Positions 1 to 9,196 of a stretch of 64,000 nucleotides of DNA are shown here, one piece after another. Below the pieces are notes generated by a model, which saw only the letters and a program-made list of their open reading frames with translations, made no database searches and was not told the origin of the DNA. Each line of letters starts with the position of its first letter. Position 1 is the first letter of the stretch. The position numbers were made by a program, and so were the translations under genes. The stretch is from an uncultured bacterium (lineage in GTDB: Bacteria > Babelota > Babeliae > Babelales > Vermiphilaceae), in the NCBI GenBank assembly GCA_963727255.1, contig CAVSFC010000002.1, positions 512,001-576,000 of the forward strand, written 5' to 3'.

Positions 1-453
1 CGCCTTTTTTAAGCAGCAATTCTATAATTTCAAATCTTTGATCGGCAATATTGGTTATTGGCTGCCATTCAGAATATACTTTGGAGCACTGAAGAGCATT
101 ATTGAGTATCGGCATTCTCCATTTAGGATAAAAATAATTTGGATCTGTGCCAGCATCAAGCAAATTGGCAATTATTGCCAGACCACTCTGATATTCTTTA
201 TCAGTTTTCTTTTTTTCCGATGCAAACCTTTTATTATGCTGGCCAAAATTCTATTAGCATGATCTTTAAAATATGGTCTATTTTCTAATGATTTTGCTGG
301 AAGCTTTAAGGTTGCAAGATATTTGAGCGACTGCGGTTGATAAATTTCTTTGGATTGTTCCATTCCTGTCATCACTTTTATTGGTGATGTTTCCATAGCG
401 TTTGTTCTGATGGCAATTACTGCGATTACGCTTAAAAATACTATTTTTTTCAT
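1..453 (-). CDS. Secreted ankyrin-repeat protein, runs off the window start; apparent frameshift at ~180-250
   Basis: Signal peptide followed by METS. A second frame continues open to base 1 as ...AIIANLLDAGTDPN...FEIIELLLKKG, which is ankyrin-like. Confidence 0.6.
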
Positions 454-545
454 GAAGCTCTATTAATTAATGCATTTTTTCGTATTTATTTCATTGTAGC
501 ATTACTTTTGAATATGAGCAAAATAGGGCTTTTTGAAAGTATTTT

Positions 546-2303
546 TTACAGCAATAGTTCTGGTTTATTCCGGGTCCATACAGATTCATAATCAGTTAAT
601 TGTGGATGTGTAATTCGAGCAATTGTCGGGGCTGCTAACCTGCATAAAATCCCTGCTGCCGCATACGTAGCGAATCCAGCTGCTCCACCGAGTGATAATA
701 CCGTTGGTAATGCGAGCATTTTAATATCTACCGGTGAATTTGCATATACTCGGTTCAATACATATCGGGTAGCTAAATAACCTCCTGTTGTTGTTGATAC
801 TATGCTCGTTGTTTCATGATCAGTAAGATTATGGGCATCATGCAGAAAAAAACTTATGCCTATACCCCATGCACCGCCCGCTATGATTCCGGCAAACATG
901 CTTGAATTTCGCACCAATGGTGAACTATTTGTAGCCAATTCATCCATAGCTGCGCCCCACATGTAGCCTCCTATAATGGGAGAAGTCAATCGTAGTAGCG
1001 GCTTAATTAAATTATCGTATTTTGTTTTGGCCGCCCAATATATTCTCTCTGGGAGCATAGTAATGGCATTGTCCCATTGGTTATGAATCTTATTTTTTTG
1101 TTCATTAGAAAACGGATTATTACGTATATTGATTTGTATATGTTTGCATTTTGTTCGCAATTCACGGATACATTTGTAAAAATTATCATCCAGAGAAGAC
1201 ATTTTATTGTATTGTAAATTGAGTTTTTTGAACTTATTATCAACATTCGACGCGATATCTAGAGTGCTTATTTGATTAGAGGATAAATCGATCTTATCAT
1301 AACTACCAAAGATATCATTTAAACAAAAATGTTGGATACGGTGTCCGGATAAAGTAAGATTTGATCCTTCAAAAAAGTGTTTGGGAAGATGTTGAGCTAG
1401 TTCTTTAAAACCACGCAAAGTCACAAATTTATGGCAAATATAATACAAGTGCCCATTCTCATCTGGAACCCATGCTTGATCGAAAAATAAAATCGAGATG
1501 GTGGCGTGTGAAAGATCTAATGCTGGCAACTGTGCTAAGATTTCCATTTTTGATTTGCTTAATTGAAAGAAATATGCAGGGCAGTTCAAATAAGGTTCTG
1601 CAATCCCACGCAATGCCTGCTTTTCTTGTTTAATTTCTTTTGAATCAGATTCTTTATCTTGCAAATGTTCCCAAAGTATATTCGCAAGTTCAAAAAGAAT
1701 ATTTTCTGGAGCACCCAGATAATCTGCCAATCTGAGCATTTCTTGATTTGTTAAGAAGCTTTGAAATTTTATAATTCTTGGATTTTTAATGTAATCAATT
1801 AAAAGTTTAATATTCGTGAATGTTGCTGATGCATTTTTTTCTCTAAAGTCGAAAATTCCCTGCCCACCGGCACGTGCATGTGCAATCATAGAGCATTGTT
1901 TAATGGCTTGGCAATCGGCAAAGTTAGAGATATCAACTTCAACTCCATAATTATCGATAATTGGAAATGAGATGTTTTCATTCGATAGTGCGATTTTTTC
2001 TACACTGAGATTTTTGTGGCAAAGAGGGCATTGATCAGCCTCATCCTTGAACAGCTCTTTTTTTAATTCTAAATCATGCGCACAAATAAATTGCCAACAA
2101 CATTTAGTAAAGCGTAAGGAATCACCGGCTAAAAATTTTGCTTTTTTTCGGCAAAGTGCGCATTTTTCTTCACCATCAATACCTGCTTTGATTCGTAAGT
2201 CAAATTGCTGATTAATGATATTATTGGTTGTTGGTTTTTCCATGCACGAGGTTGCAGCTGATGTTGCAAGAAGTGCTGTTAGTAAAAGTTTAAAATAATT
2301 CAA
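546..2303 (-). CDS. Secreted RING-like / BTB-SKP1-like / leucine-rich-repeat protein with C-terminal hydrophobic helices
   Basis: Probable TTG start at 2303 after a GGGGG RBS, then a signal peptide followed by MEKP. Motifs: CALC..CC..C.H..CPLCH; LLIDYI..MLRLADYLG; LxLSxNxI-type repeats. Confidence 0.7.
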   Translation of the reverse strand: MNYFKLLLTALLATSAATSCMEKPTTNNIINQQFDLRIKAGIDGEEKCALCRKKAKFLAGDSLRFTKCCWQFICAHDLELKKELFKDEADQCPLCHKNLSVEKIALSNENISFPIIDNYGVEVDISNFADCQAIKQCSMIAHARAGGQGIFDFREKNASATFTNIKLLIDYIKNPRIIKFQSFLTNQEMLRLADYLGAPENILFELANILWEHLQDKESDSKEIKQEKQALRGIAEPYLNCPAYFFQLSKSKMEILAQLPALDLSHATISILFFDQAWVPDENGHLYYICHKFVTLRGFKELAQHLPKHFFEGSNLTLSGHRIQHFCLNDIFGSYDKIDLSSNQISTLDIASNVDNKFKKLNLQYNKMSSLDDNFYKCIRELRTKCKHIQINIRNNPFSNEQKNKIHNQWDNAITMLPERIYWAAKTKYDNLIKPLLRLTSPIIGGYMWGAAMDELATNSSPLVRNSSMFAGIIAGGAWGIGISFFLHDAHNLTDHETTSIVSTTTGGYLATRYVLNRVYANSPVDIKMLALPTVLSLGGAAGFATYAAAGILCRLAAPTIARITHPQLTDYESVWTRNKPELLL

Positions 2304-2359
2304 GATAACCCCCAAAAATCTAAAGGACAGTACTAAACTGCCCTTACTTTTTATTATCG

Positions 2360-2635
2360 TTAAAAGCCGAATCCGAAGCTTACCGGACCTGAACCGAATG
2401 AAACGCCCAGTGATGGGCGAACATACGGAGTATATACGACCGGCGCTGCATAAACAGGAGCGCAATAGCCGCCGCAGCACGGAGCTGCATAAACCGGGCG
2501 ATATGCCATCGGTCTGCCAAAGTTGAAGCCGAAGCTTACGCGTGGGCCGTGATGACGATGATGACGGGCTTGTGCAACTGATGCAGCTAATCCAAGGATT
2601 GCGAGCACAGATATCATAAGTTTATTGAATTTCAT
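2360..2635 (-). CDS. Small secreted His/Pro/Tyr-rich protein
   Basis: GGAGG RBS; signal peptide ending AQA; RHHRHH; repeated PVYAAP and SFGF motifs. Confidence 0.8.
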   Translation of the reverse strand: MKFNKLMISVLAILGLAASVAQARHHRHHGPRVSFGFNFGRPMAYRPVYAAPCCGGYCAPVYAAPVVYTPYVRPSLGVSFGSGPVSFGFGF

Positions 2636-2728
2636 AAAATACCTCCATTTTGTTATTTTCAGCCGACTAAAGGCCTTATTAATTAAATATTATCAGATAG
2701 AAATAAAATGTAAAGCGGTAAAAGACCC

Positions 2729-2761
2729 AAAAAAACCCCCCCCGGGCAGGCCAGAGGGGGT
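2729..2761 (-). terminator. Rho-independent terminator
   Basis: GC-rich hairpin followed by a T-run on the minus strand, downstream of the CDS ending at 2791. Confidence 0.7.
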
Positions 2762-2790
2762 CACCAATAAGCTCTATTATTTTGTAGGTG

Positions 2791-3444
2791 TTAGAATTTA
2801 GGCATTATAAGCTCAGGTTCGCCTTTTGCTGAACCTGCTTTAGCCGTAGGCGGAAGCTCTACCCTATAATCAATATCTCCGCGAAGGTTAATAAAGACCT
2901 CAATAGCATGAGCATCGCTGTTAAACAGCTCAAATCGGCGAGCGGGAGCCTGAACGCGGAAGCTATAGCTTTCTCCTCGGGCTATATTAACCACATCTCC
3001 TGCAGGAAGATCCTTCATTTCTCCTCCCTCAAGGCCTTCTATGGTAATAGTATTATTCGTATTGTTGCGGAATGCCCAATAGCGAACTCCGCTCACATCC
3101 CACCACATACCTTTATACAGATATCCCCGTTGCGCTGAATCATTGCGAGGAGCGCAGGGTGGAATATTCAAAAATTGAATTTTGGTATTATCGCTAAAAG
3201 AATCATATTGGCCAGGTAATGGACGCGGGAATGGGCCACAATAGGGAGCCCCATTGCAGCAGGCAAGTCCACAGTTACTTGTGCCTCCATTAGCGCATGA
3301 TGAACCGCAGCTTGGTTGCCATGAGCAGAATGAAAGATCAAGGCAATTTTTGGTTCCTCCGCATCGTAAGCGATTAACGCAGCGTGCTTCTGCCAGCATT
3401 GGCAGCATCATTAAACAGATGATGAGCAGCAATTGCTTTTTCAT
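2791..3444 (-). CDS. Secreted Cys-rich hypothetical protein
   Basis: MKKQLLL signal peptide ending AEA, AAGGA RBS, Cys-rich N-terminal region. Confidence 0.8.
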   Translation of the reverse strand: MKKQLLLIICLMMLPMLAEARCVNRLRCGGTKNCLDLSFCSWQPSCGSSCANGGTSNCGLACCNGAPYCGPFPRPLPGQYDSFSDNTKIQFLNIPPCAPRNDSAQRGYLYKGMWWDVSGVRYWAFRNNTNNTITIEGLEGGEMKDLPAGDVVNIARGESYSFRVQAPARRFELFNSDAHAIEVFINLRGDIDYRVELPPTAKAGSAKGEPELIMPKF

Positions 3445-3448
3445 AGTT

Positions 3449-3793
3449 TTATCCTTTGGCATTATGGTTTTTATATACTTTCCAACATTCTTCTATACTT
3501 GTTGCGCATTCTTCATCACATGCGCGTGCTCTGCGATAGCCGCAGGAGCTGCAGGGATTTGGTTTGCAGCAGCGAGGCGGCCACTGAGCACCCGTTTCAA
3601 ATATCCATTGTTGGCCGTCCCAGAGATAGTCCATTTCGGGATCGTAATAATAGCTTAATCCGGCGTAGTAGTAGGGCGTCCCACCAATTGCATAACCGCC
3701 GGTTCCTACAAAACTGCCTTCACCAAGCATGGCATCAGCGCATTGACTCGTGATAAATAAAAATGAGAGTGATGCGAATTGCAAAACTCTCAT
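3449..3793 (-). CDS. Small secreted Tyr/Cys-rich protein
   Basis: Probable start MRVLQF with a signal peptide. The longer ORF-track start runs through a palindromic repeat. Confidence 0.65.
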   Translation of the reverse strand: MRVLQFASLSFLFITSQCADAMLGEGSFVGTGGYAIGGTPYYYAGLSYYYDPEMDYLWDGQQWIFETGAQWPPRCCKPNPCSSCGYRRARACDEECATSIEECWKVYKNHNAKG

Positions 3794-3822
3794 GATTTTA
3801 TGAAATGTGTTTTCTTGGATTG

Positions 3823-3917
3823 GAATCCTTCGATACGAGACTGCGTCTTTACTCAGGACGAACGGGTTTAGAAGAACCGTTCGTGGTGAGTACGAGCAAT
3901 GCGATCGTATCGAACCA
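3823..3917. repeat. Palindromic repeat family A, copy 1
   Basis: gaatccttcgata..tactcaggacgaacgg / ccgttcgtggtgagta..tatcgaacca; arms match the copies at 9117, 10375 and 11379. Confidence 0.85.
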
Positions 3918-3953
3918 TTTTTTTTAATATTCCCCATATCTTCCCCCCAGCAT

Positions 3954-3980
3954 TAAGGCGGGTATTGCTACCCGCCCTTA
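3954..3980 (-). terminator. Hairpin, probable terminator
   Basis: taaggcgggta-ttgc-tacccgccctta, downstream of the CDS ending at 4027; no clear U-tract. Confidence 0.45.
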
Positions 3981-4026
3981 TTGTATGAAACAGCTATTCT
4001 TTTTTCTTTTTTTCCCTATTCATGAA

Positions 4027-4713
4027 TCAACCTGCATCCGCTGCAGATTCACGCACTGGTACTGAGCTAGGATCTTGTTGATATTGTTGATAAGCCGGTT
4101 GCACCACTTCTTGGAAATATACTTGTCTTTCTGGGTCTTGCGCGGCCAATTCTTCCCATTCAGCATAAGTCCATCCGCCAAAGAGCCATATACCTGCTAT
4201 AAGAGCTGCTGTTGCTCCCCAGAGCCAGCCGCCGTATCCCCAACCCCAACCATTATTCCAGCCACCGCGATTATAGCCACGATTTCTGCCGCCCTGACGA
4301 TTGGCTGCACGGCCAGTGCCTTTGCCAGCGCCTCTTCCAGTTGCAGCTTGTCTGCCTGCAGTATGGGTACCAGCTGCTTTGCCGCCGGGAGTTCTACTAT
4401 AGGATCCACTCGTACGTGCTGCGCTTGAATAACCAGTGTGTCCGGTTGAATAGCCCGCTGAACGATATCCAGCGCCGCCGCGATAACCTGAGTAACCTCC
4501 AAAACCTCGTCCCCCACCATAGTATCCGCCGCCAGCAAATCCGCGTCCACCGCCAAAGCCACGTCCGCCTCCAAAGCCGCGTCCGCCGCCTCTGAATCCG
4601 CCACGCCCGCCACCCCCATGGCCACCGCCATGGCCGCCGCCGCGACCGACCGCTATACTGCTTATCCCAACAAGAAGGGTAAGCATGAGTCTCATTATTT
4701 TATTAAATTTCAT
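4027..4713 (-). CDS. Secreted Gly/Arg (RGG/GGGRGF)-rich protein
   Basis: GAGGAG RBS, MKFNK signal peptide, GGGRGF repeats, Trp-rich C-terminal domain. Confidence 0.85.
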   Translation of the reverse strand: MKFNKIMRLMLTLLVGISSIAVGRGGGHGGGHGGGGRGGFRGGGRGFGGGRGFGGGRGFAGGGYYGGGRGFGGYSGYRGGAGYRSAGYSTGHTGYSSAARTSGSYSRTPGGKAAGTHTAGRQAATGRGAGKGTGRAANRQGGRNRGYNRGGWNNGWGWGYGGWLWGATAALIAGIWLFGGWTYAEWEELAAQDPERQVYFQEVVQPAYQQYQQDPSSVPVRESAADAG

Positions 4714-4734
4714 TACTATCTCCTCTCTTAATTA

Positions 4735-5073
4735 TTACTCGTAATCATCTGTAAAACTTTGATTATAGTTTTGATTATTATCTGAATCGTAATTTGAATA
4801 TGGATTTGGATATGAATATGGGTAATCATCTCCATCTACATACTCGCCATAGAATGGATCAGCATAAAAACCAACACCACCATATGCGCCACCACGATAC
4901 CCGGCGCCGCCAAAACCGCGTCCATAACCACCGCCAAAACCTCTGCCACCACCAAAACCGCCATGACCGCCGCCAAAGCCGCCTCCGCCATGTCCGCCAC
5001 CACGTGCTATCGCAAGTGAACTCATTCCAACAAGAAGGACTAGCATTAATTTTGATATCATATTGAATTTCAT
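4735..5073 (-). CDS. Secreted Gly-rich protein with acidic Tyr/Asn-rich tail; paralog of 4027-4713
   Basis: AGGAG RBS, MKFN signal peptide, mature start RGGGHGGG. Confidence 0.85.
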   Translation of the reverse strand: MKFNMISKLMLVLLVGMSSLAIARGGGHGGGGFGGGHGGFGGGRGFGGGYGRGFGGAGYRGGAYGGVGFYADPFYGEYVDGDDYPYSYPNPYSNYDSDNNQNYNQSFTDDYE

Positions 5074-5109
5074 ATTTTCTCCTTTTTTCTTTTTTTTATT
5101 TAAACATCT

Positions 5110-5394
5110 TTATTTAGGGCTTGTGTAAACTGATCGTTCAAAACCAGAAATAGCCGGCTGTTCAGAAAGATCAGGAAAACTTACCGGGCGATATTCCGAT
5201 CTGCGATAGATACTAAAAGTATCAGGTGAGATATTGTCTTCCCGCCATACTCTATCCGGCCCTGCTGAATACCAGTTGCTCGATGCATCGGTACAGCATC
5301 GGCGAATTGGATAATAACTCTCATAGGCACCATAAAGGCTAAATGAACTGATAAGCAGCAAAATTGCCATGAGTTCTTTTCCATATTTGACCAT
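5110..5394 (-). CDS. Small secreted hypothetical protein
   Basis: GGAG RBS, signal peptide, RRCC motif. Confidence 0.7.
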   Translation of the reverse strand: MVKYGKELMAILLLISSFSLYGAYESYYPIRRCCTDASSNWYSAGPDRVWREDNISPDTFSIYRRSEYRPVSFPDLSEQPAISGFERSVYTSPK

Positions 5395-5558
5395 TTTTTC
5401 TCCAAAATCGCACTATTTTGCAAAATAAGCTATTATACAATTTCATAATAGCAATTATTATGAAGAGAAAACAAGAGTTTCAGGTGGCTTTTTTTAACCT
5501 TAAAAATGTGTTAAAATCCGGGGCAGAACCATAAAAACTATAAAAAAAGGAATTTTCT

Positions 5559-6224
5559 ATGATTTCCAAAAAACTGGCATGTATTGCGTTCTTAGGTCTT
5601 TTGAGTGCAGGAGCAGATTCTCGTTTGCCAATACCAAAAAAACGAATCGGTAGAACGGCTCAATATGCTGGAATGGACCCGCTTTTTATTGAAAGATGGT
5701 CGCCGCGGGCAATGTCAGCAGAACCTCTTGAAGAGAGCCAATTAATGTCCCTTTTTGAGGCTGCCCGATGGGCTCCTTCTTCGTATAATGAGCAACCCTG
5801 GCGCTTTTTATATGCTCTGCGAGATACCCCCCACTGGGACACATTTTTTGATCTTTTAGTCCCCTTTAACCAAGGATGGTGCAAAAATGGGGCTGTTTTA
5901 GTGGTTATCTGCTCTAAAAATGGCTCGGATCACGGGGGATCAAATACATTTCATAGTTATGATGCGGGCGCAGCCTGGCAAAATCTGGCTTTGCAAGGGC
6001 ATTTAAAAGGGCTCGTGGTTCATGGGATGGGAGGGTTTGATAAAGAAAAGGCCAGATTAACCCTGCAAATTCCCGATGAGTATACCATTGAGGCTATGTG
6101 TGTAATTGGCAAGCCCGGCGATCCTAAAAATCTGCCAAATTATATGCAAGATATTGAAAAGCCATCTGCGCGAAAAAATATGGAAGAGATCGTCTGTCAA
6201 GGGAGATTTGGGTTTAAAGAATAA
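5559..6224 (+). CDS. Nitroreductase family protein with a signal-like N-terminus
   Basis: RWSPRAM, AARWAPSSYNEQPWRF, YDAGAAWQNLALQ, HGMGGFD motifs. Confidence 0.92.
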   Translation: MISKKLACIAFLGLLSAGADSRLPIPKKRIGRTAQYAGMDPLFIERWSPRAMSAEPLEESQLMSLFEAARWAPSSYNEQPWRFLYALRDTPHWDTFFDLLVPFNQGWCKNGAVLVVICSKNGSDHGGSNTFHSYDAGAAWQNLALQGHLKGLVVHGMGGFDKEKARLTLQIPDEYTIEAMCVIGKPGDPKNLPNYMQDIEKPSARKNMEEIVCQGRFGFKE

Positions 6225-6237
6225 CTCTTGGGAATGA

Positions 6238-6272
6238 GAAAAGGGCCGCTTAGTAGCGGCCCTCATATTTTT
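6238..6272. terminator. Bidirectional terminator between convergent genes
   Basis: agggccgct-tagt-agcggccct flanked by A and T runs. Confidence 0.7.
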
Positions 6273-6907
6273 TACTTAGTATGCAATTGTTTGTATTCGT
6301 CAGATTTTTTATAGAGTGGTTCAACAACATCTTTCCAGTAGGTTGGGTAGTTTTTTTCCCAGAATTCTGGGCGGTAACTTCCGAATACCCAATTACCTTC
6401 AGGGTTTACTCCTATTTCAAAACCTTTATCTTTCCACCATGTGTGGAAATTATGATGCCACGGTTCTTTTCGTGGACCAGTATGATGTACTACATCTTTT
6501 TGTCTTGCTACTGCTGCTGTTGCTGCGGTTCCTGCAGCACCAAGCCCGAGCCATCCGGCTGCTCTTTCCATCGCTGTAGGCTGCGCAGCGGTTTTTGTAT
6601 TTGCTACTGCTGCTTCAGGTCTATCTTTTGCTACAGATTTAGTTGCCGCCGATTTGGTTGTGGGTTTACGTAAACCTTTTTCATGTTTTTTCATTTCCAT
6701 TTTTTTATAATTGCCGCTGGTTTTGCCATATCTATCTTTTGCTGTAGATTTTGGCTCTTTTTTGGCATAGGTTTGATGGGTCTGCTTTTTCGATTCTATT
6801 TTTTTATATTTGGCGTTTTTTGCAGGTTTTTTGATTGTAGTTGTAGCCGCAAATAAGCCGCCACTGCTTAAAAGTGCTACTGTTAATGCATAACGAATAA
6901 ACTTCAT
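6272..6907 (-). CDS. Secreted Lys/Ala/Thr-rich protein with Trp-rich C-terminal domain
   Basis: Signal peptide, very basic low-complexity middle, GNWVFG..WE..YWKDVVEPLY. Confidence 0.8.
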   Translation of the reverse strand: MKFIRYALTVALLSSGGLFAATTTIKKPAKNAKYKKIESKKQTHQTYAKKEPKSTAKDRYGKTSGNYKKMEMKKHEKGLRKPTTKSAATKSVAKDRPEAAVANTKTAAQPTAMERAAGWLGLGAAGTAATAAVARQKDVVHHTGPRKEPWHHNFHTWWKDKGFEIGVNPEGNWVFGSYRPEFWEKNYPTYWKDVVEPLYKKSDEYKQLHTK

Positions 6908-7028
6908 ACTCTTCTCATACGGTTAGAGGGTTTTACTATTTTACGATTTTATAATAGCAATTAAAAACAGAGAAAAGCAATAGTTTAGCGTATTATTTTG
7001 AAGATGGGTTCTCGTCCTTAAGGGGTGG

Positions 7029-7556
7029 TTATTTGACCTTTAGACTGCGAACGATAGTATCGGCAAATTCTTGGGAGGCGCTTGGATCAGTGGCAGTGAC
7101 AAAATTCTGATCGCTGACTACAGGCGCTTGAACATAGGTCACTCCGTACTCATCATAAATTTCACCCAGCTGATCATCCCCATCCCATCCGGTTGCTGCC
7201 ACTTCAGTAAGTAAGCTTGCATGGGCTAAAATGCGGGTTGAAATGCAAATTGCTGCGATCAATTTGCCAAGATCATGCGCTTCGCGAGCAAGCTGATAGG
7301 TGGATTCATTATCAAGAGTATCCATCGCGCCCGGCCCGCCTACCAGCACGATTGCAGCGTAATCGCTTGCGATTGCTTGTTCAATAGTCAGATCAACTTT
7401 TGCCTGAGATTTATCCTTTGCAGTTGCCATGCCGGGCTTATTGCTTGCAGTGACCACAGTAAACCCAGCTTGTTCGAATGTTTTTTTAGGAATTCCGTAT
7501 TCAACTTGTTGAAACCCTTCATGGGCAATTATCATGAGAATTTTGCGATGCGCCAT
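7029..7556 (-). CDS. DJ-1/PfpI family protein
   Basis: GFQQVEY, LVGGPGA, AAICIS motifs; start MAHRK after an AAAGGA RBS. Confidence 0.9.
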   Translation of the reverse strand: MAHRKILMIIAHEGFQQVEYGIPKKTFEQAGFTVVTASNKPGMATAKDKSQAKVDLTIEQAIASDYAAIVLVGGPGAMDTLDNESTYQLAREAHDLGKLIAAICISTRILAHASLLTEVAATGWDGDDQLGEIYDEYGVTYVQAPVVSDQNFVTATDPSASQEFADTIVRSLKVK

Positions 7557-8547
7557 TGCAATCCTTTTTTTGAGATGGTTTATGTTTGGCAGAATAAAAA
7601 GAGACGGTTTTCTTGTCAATGGTAACAGAAACATGAAAAGCAGGATAACCAAATTCATTCACCATAATTTGATTTTTAAGTGGCGTGATAGTTGTGCAGT
7701 TGCTGATAGTGATTGGTTTATTGCCCAAACGTATAAGAGTGCAAGCATGTTTTTGGCAACTTCGTTTTAAAGTCATAAAACTCCGAACCCAAAATGAAGG
7801 CAGTTCTCCCTGCCAGAAGGGAATATAGATATTTTTGATGCAGATTTTTTCTTGCAAATTTATGAGTACTTCAAAAATAATTCGATTGGGTTGCAAAACA
7901 ATCAGATGATCGATTGTATTTGTTCCTAACTGTTTGGCAAGCGCGGGCATGAGCGTATATTCGCACCAGGATGGTGCTGATAATCGGCGACCAATTACTC
8001 CCGGATCAATTATCACGATTTGATTATTATGCTTAAAAATGTGTACAGTTCCTTTGTTGCAATCAATGCTGGTCATCCGATTAGACGAATAAGCAGGCAG
8101 TGCAAGATATGCGCAGGTGAGGCCAAGCAGAATGCTATAGCATGCAATAGCTTTAAAGGGAGTTTGTATTTTTTTATAGTGCAGAATGGCGAGCGTAAGC
8201 AGAAAAATAAGTATGAGCGTTGCTATTGATGGCATTGCAAAAGGAAGTAAAACACTATGGCCGGCAAATTGCATAAGCCAAAGCCACCAATGAGTTATTT
8301 TTTCCAGAAACCAGATCAAAATTCCGTTTGGAATAGAGAGTATTTCACAAAAAAACACAAGTGAGGAAAGCAATAAAAAAACCGTTAGTATCGGGCTAAA
8401 TAGAAAATTTCCTGCAAAGGTGAGCAGCGAGATGGGCATTCCCCATGAAAGTAAAATGGGAATGGAAATGAGCGTGATAAAAAGCTGGAGATGAATAAAT
8501 GAGACCAGATGTTTTTTTGTTCTTTGCAAGTACGATAGTAAATTCAT
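7519..8547 (-). CDS. ComEC/Rec2-like competence protein (C-terminal membrane part plus degenerate metallo-beta-lactamase-like domain)
   Basis: QLFITLISIPIL..ISLLTFAGNFLFSP membrane pattern; IIDPG and TIDHLIV motifs. Confidence 0.65.
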   Translation of the reverse strand: MNLLSYLQRTKKHLVSFIHLQLFITLISIPILLSWGMPISLLTFAGNFLFSPILTVFLLLSSLVFFCEILSIPNGILIWFLEKITHWWLWLMQFAGHSVLLPFAMPSIATLILIFLLTLAILHYKKIQTPFKAIACYSILLGLTCAYLALPAYSSNRMTSIDCNKGTVHIFKHNNQIVIIDPGVIGRRLSAPSWCEYTLMPALAKQLGTNTIDHLIVLQPNRIIFEVLINLQEKICIKNIYIPFWQGELPSFWVRSFMTLKRSCQKHACTLIRLGNKPITISNCTTITPLKNQIMVNEFGYPAFHVSVTIDKKTVSFYSAKHKPSQKKDCNGASQNSHDNCP

Positions 8548-8960
8548 CTTTTCTTAGGTATGCGAGATTCTTGCACTTGCTTTTGCAAAGCGGCAAGTAG
8601 CTCTTTCTTTTGATTTTTTTCATACTCAAGCGAGGCGACTGATGCAAGAGAAAGACTCGCCGTTGCTCCTGTTGCAAGGGTGCTTATTAAAAATTCATTC
8701 TGTAAACCGGTGCCTTCCTTAAAAAGCGCATATCCATAAAGTATGAATCCTAACGAAGCCATAACTGCGTTGATTAGAGTAATGCCTTGCGTATATTTGT
8801 AATCTTCAATTGTTTTTTGGGTTTCACTAATTTGCTTTTCTATGAGTGCCCGTTGCTCAGGGGAAATTTTAGAGCTGATATGCAGCGATGATAAGAACCC
8901 ATTTGTACTTGCATATATGTTGAAGATGAGTAAGAAAAGAATTTTTTTATACGATATCAT
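8544..8960 (-). CDS. Hypothetical secreted/membrane protein
   Basis: Signal peptide, two hydrophobic segments, coiled-coil tail; ATGA overlap with the next gene. Confidence 0.7.
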   Translation of the reverse strand: MISYKKILFLLIFNIYASTNGFLSSLHISSKISPEQRALIEKQISETQKTIEDYKYTQGITLINAVMASLGFILYGYALFKEGTGLQNEFLISTLATGATASLSLASVASLEYEKNQKKELLAALQKQVQESRIPKKR

Positions 8961-9040
8961 GGATAATCCTTTATCAACGGGCACGAGCTCTTGTTAGATT
9001 CTACGTGCTTTTGCTCTTTTTTTCAACATAATCAAAATTA

Positions 9041-9070
9041 TTGAATCTATGCTATTTACTATGATATAAT
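9041..9070 (+). promoter_or_regulatory. Putative sigma70 promoter
   Basis: TTGAAT-18 bp-TATAAT with an extended -10 TG, upstream of the ORF at 9197. Confidence 0.5.
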
Positions 9071-9116
9071 TACAGTTAGAGTAAACGCATATGTGTACCT
9101 AGCACACATCCTGAGT

Positions 9117-9167
9117 ATGGTTCGACAAGCTCACCATGAATTATTCATCCTGAGTTTATCGAAGGAT
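9117..9167. repeat. Palindromic repeat family A, copy 2 (minimal, opposite orientation)
   Basis: atggttcgacaagctcaccatgaa-tta-ttcatcctgagtttatcgaaggat; extra partial arm catcctgagt at 9107-9116. Confidence 0.85.
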
Positions 9168-9196
9168 ATTAATACTGTGTAATGAGGAGAATTGTC

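Noticed and set aside
2304..2480. N-terminal 59 aa of the 644-aa ORF
   Set aside because: It overlaps the 2360-2635 gene on the same strand; a better start with RBS and signal peptide is at 2303.
3794..3937. A second in-frame repeat insertion, in ORF 3449-3937
   Set aside because: The signal peptide begins at 3793, so the repeat most likely lies in the untranslated leader.
4480..5010. High-GC patch as horizontally acquired DNA or an RNA gene
   Set aside because: It is explained by GGC/GGT glycine codons in the two Gly-rich CDSs.
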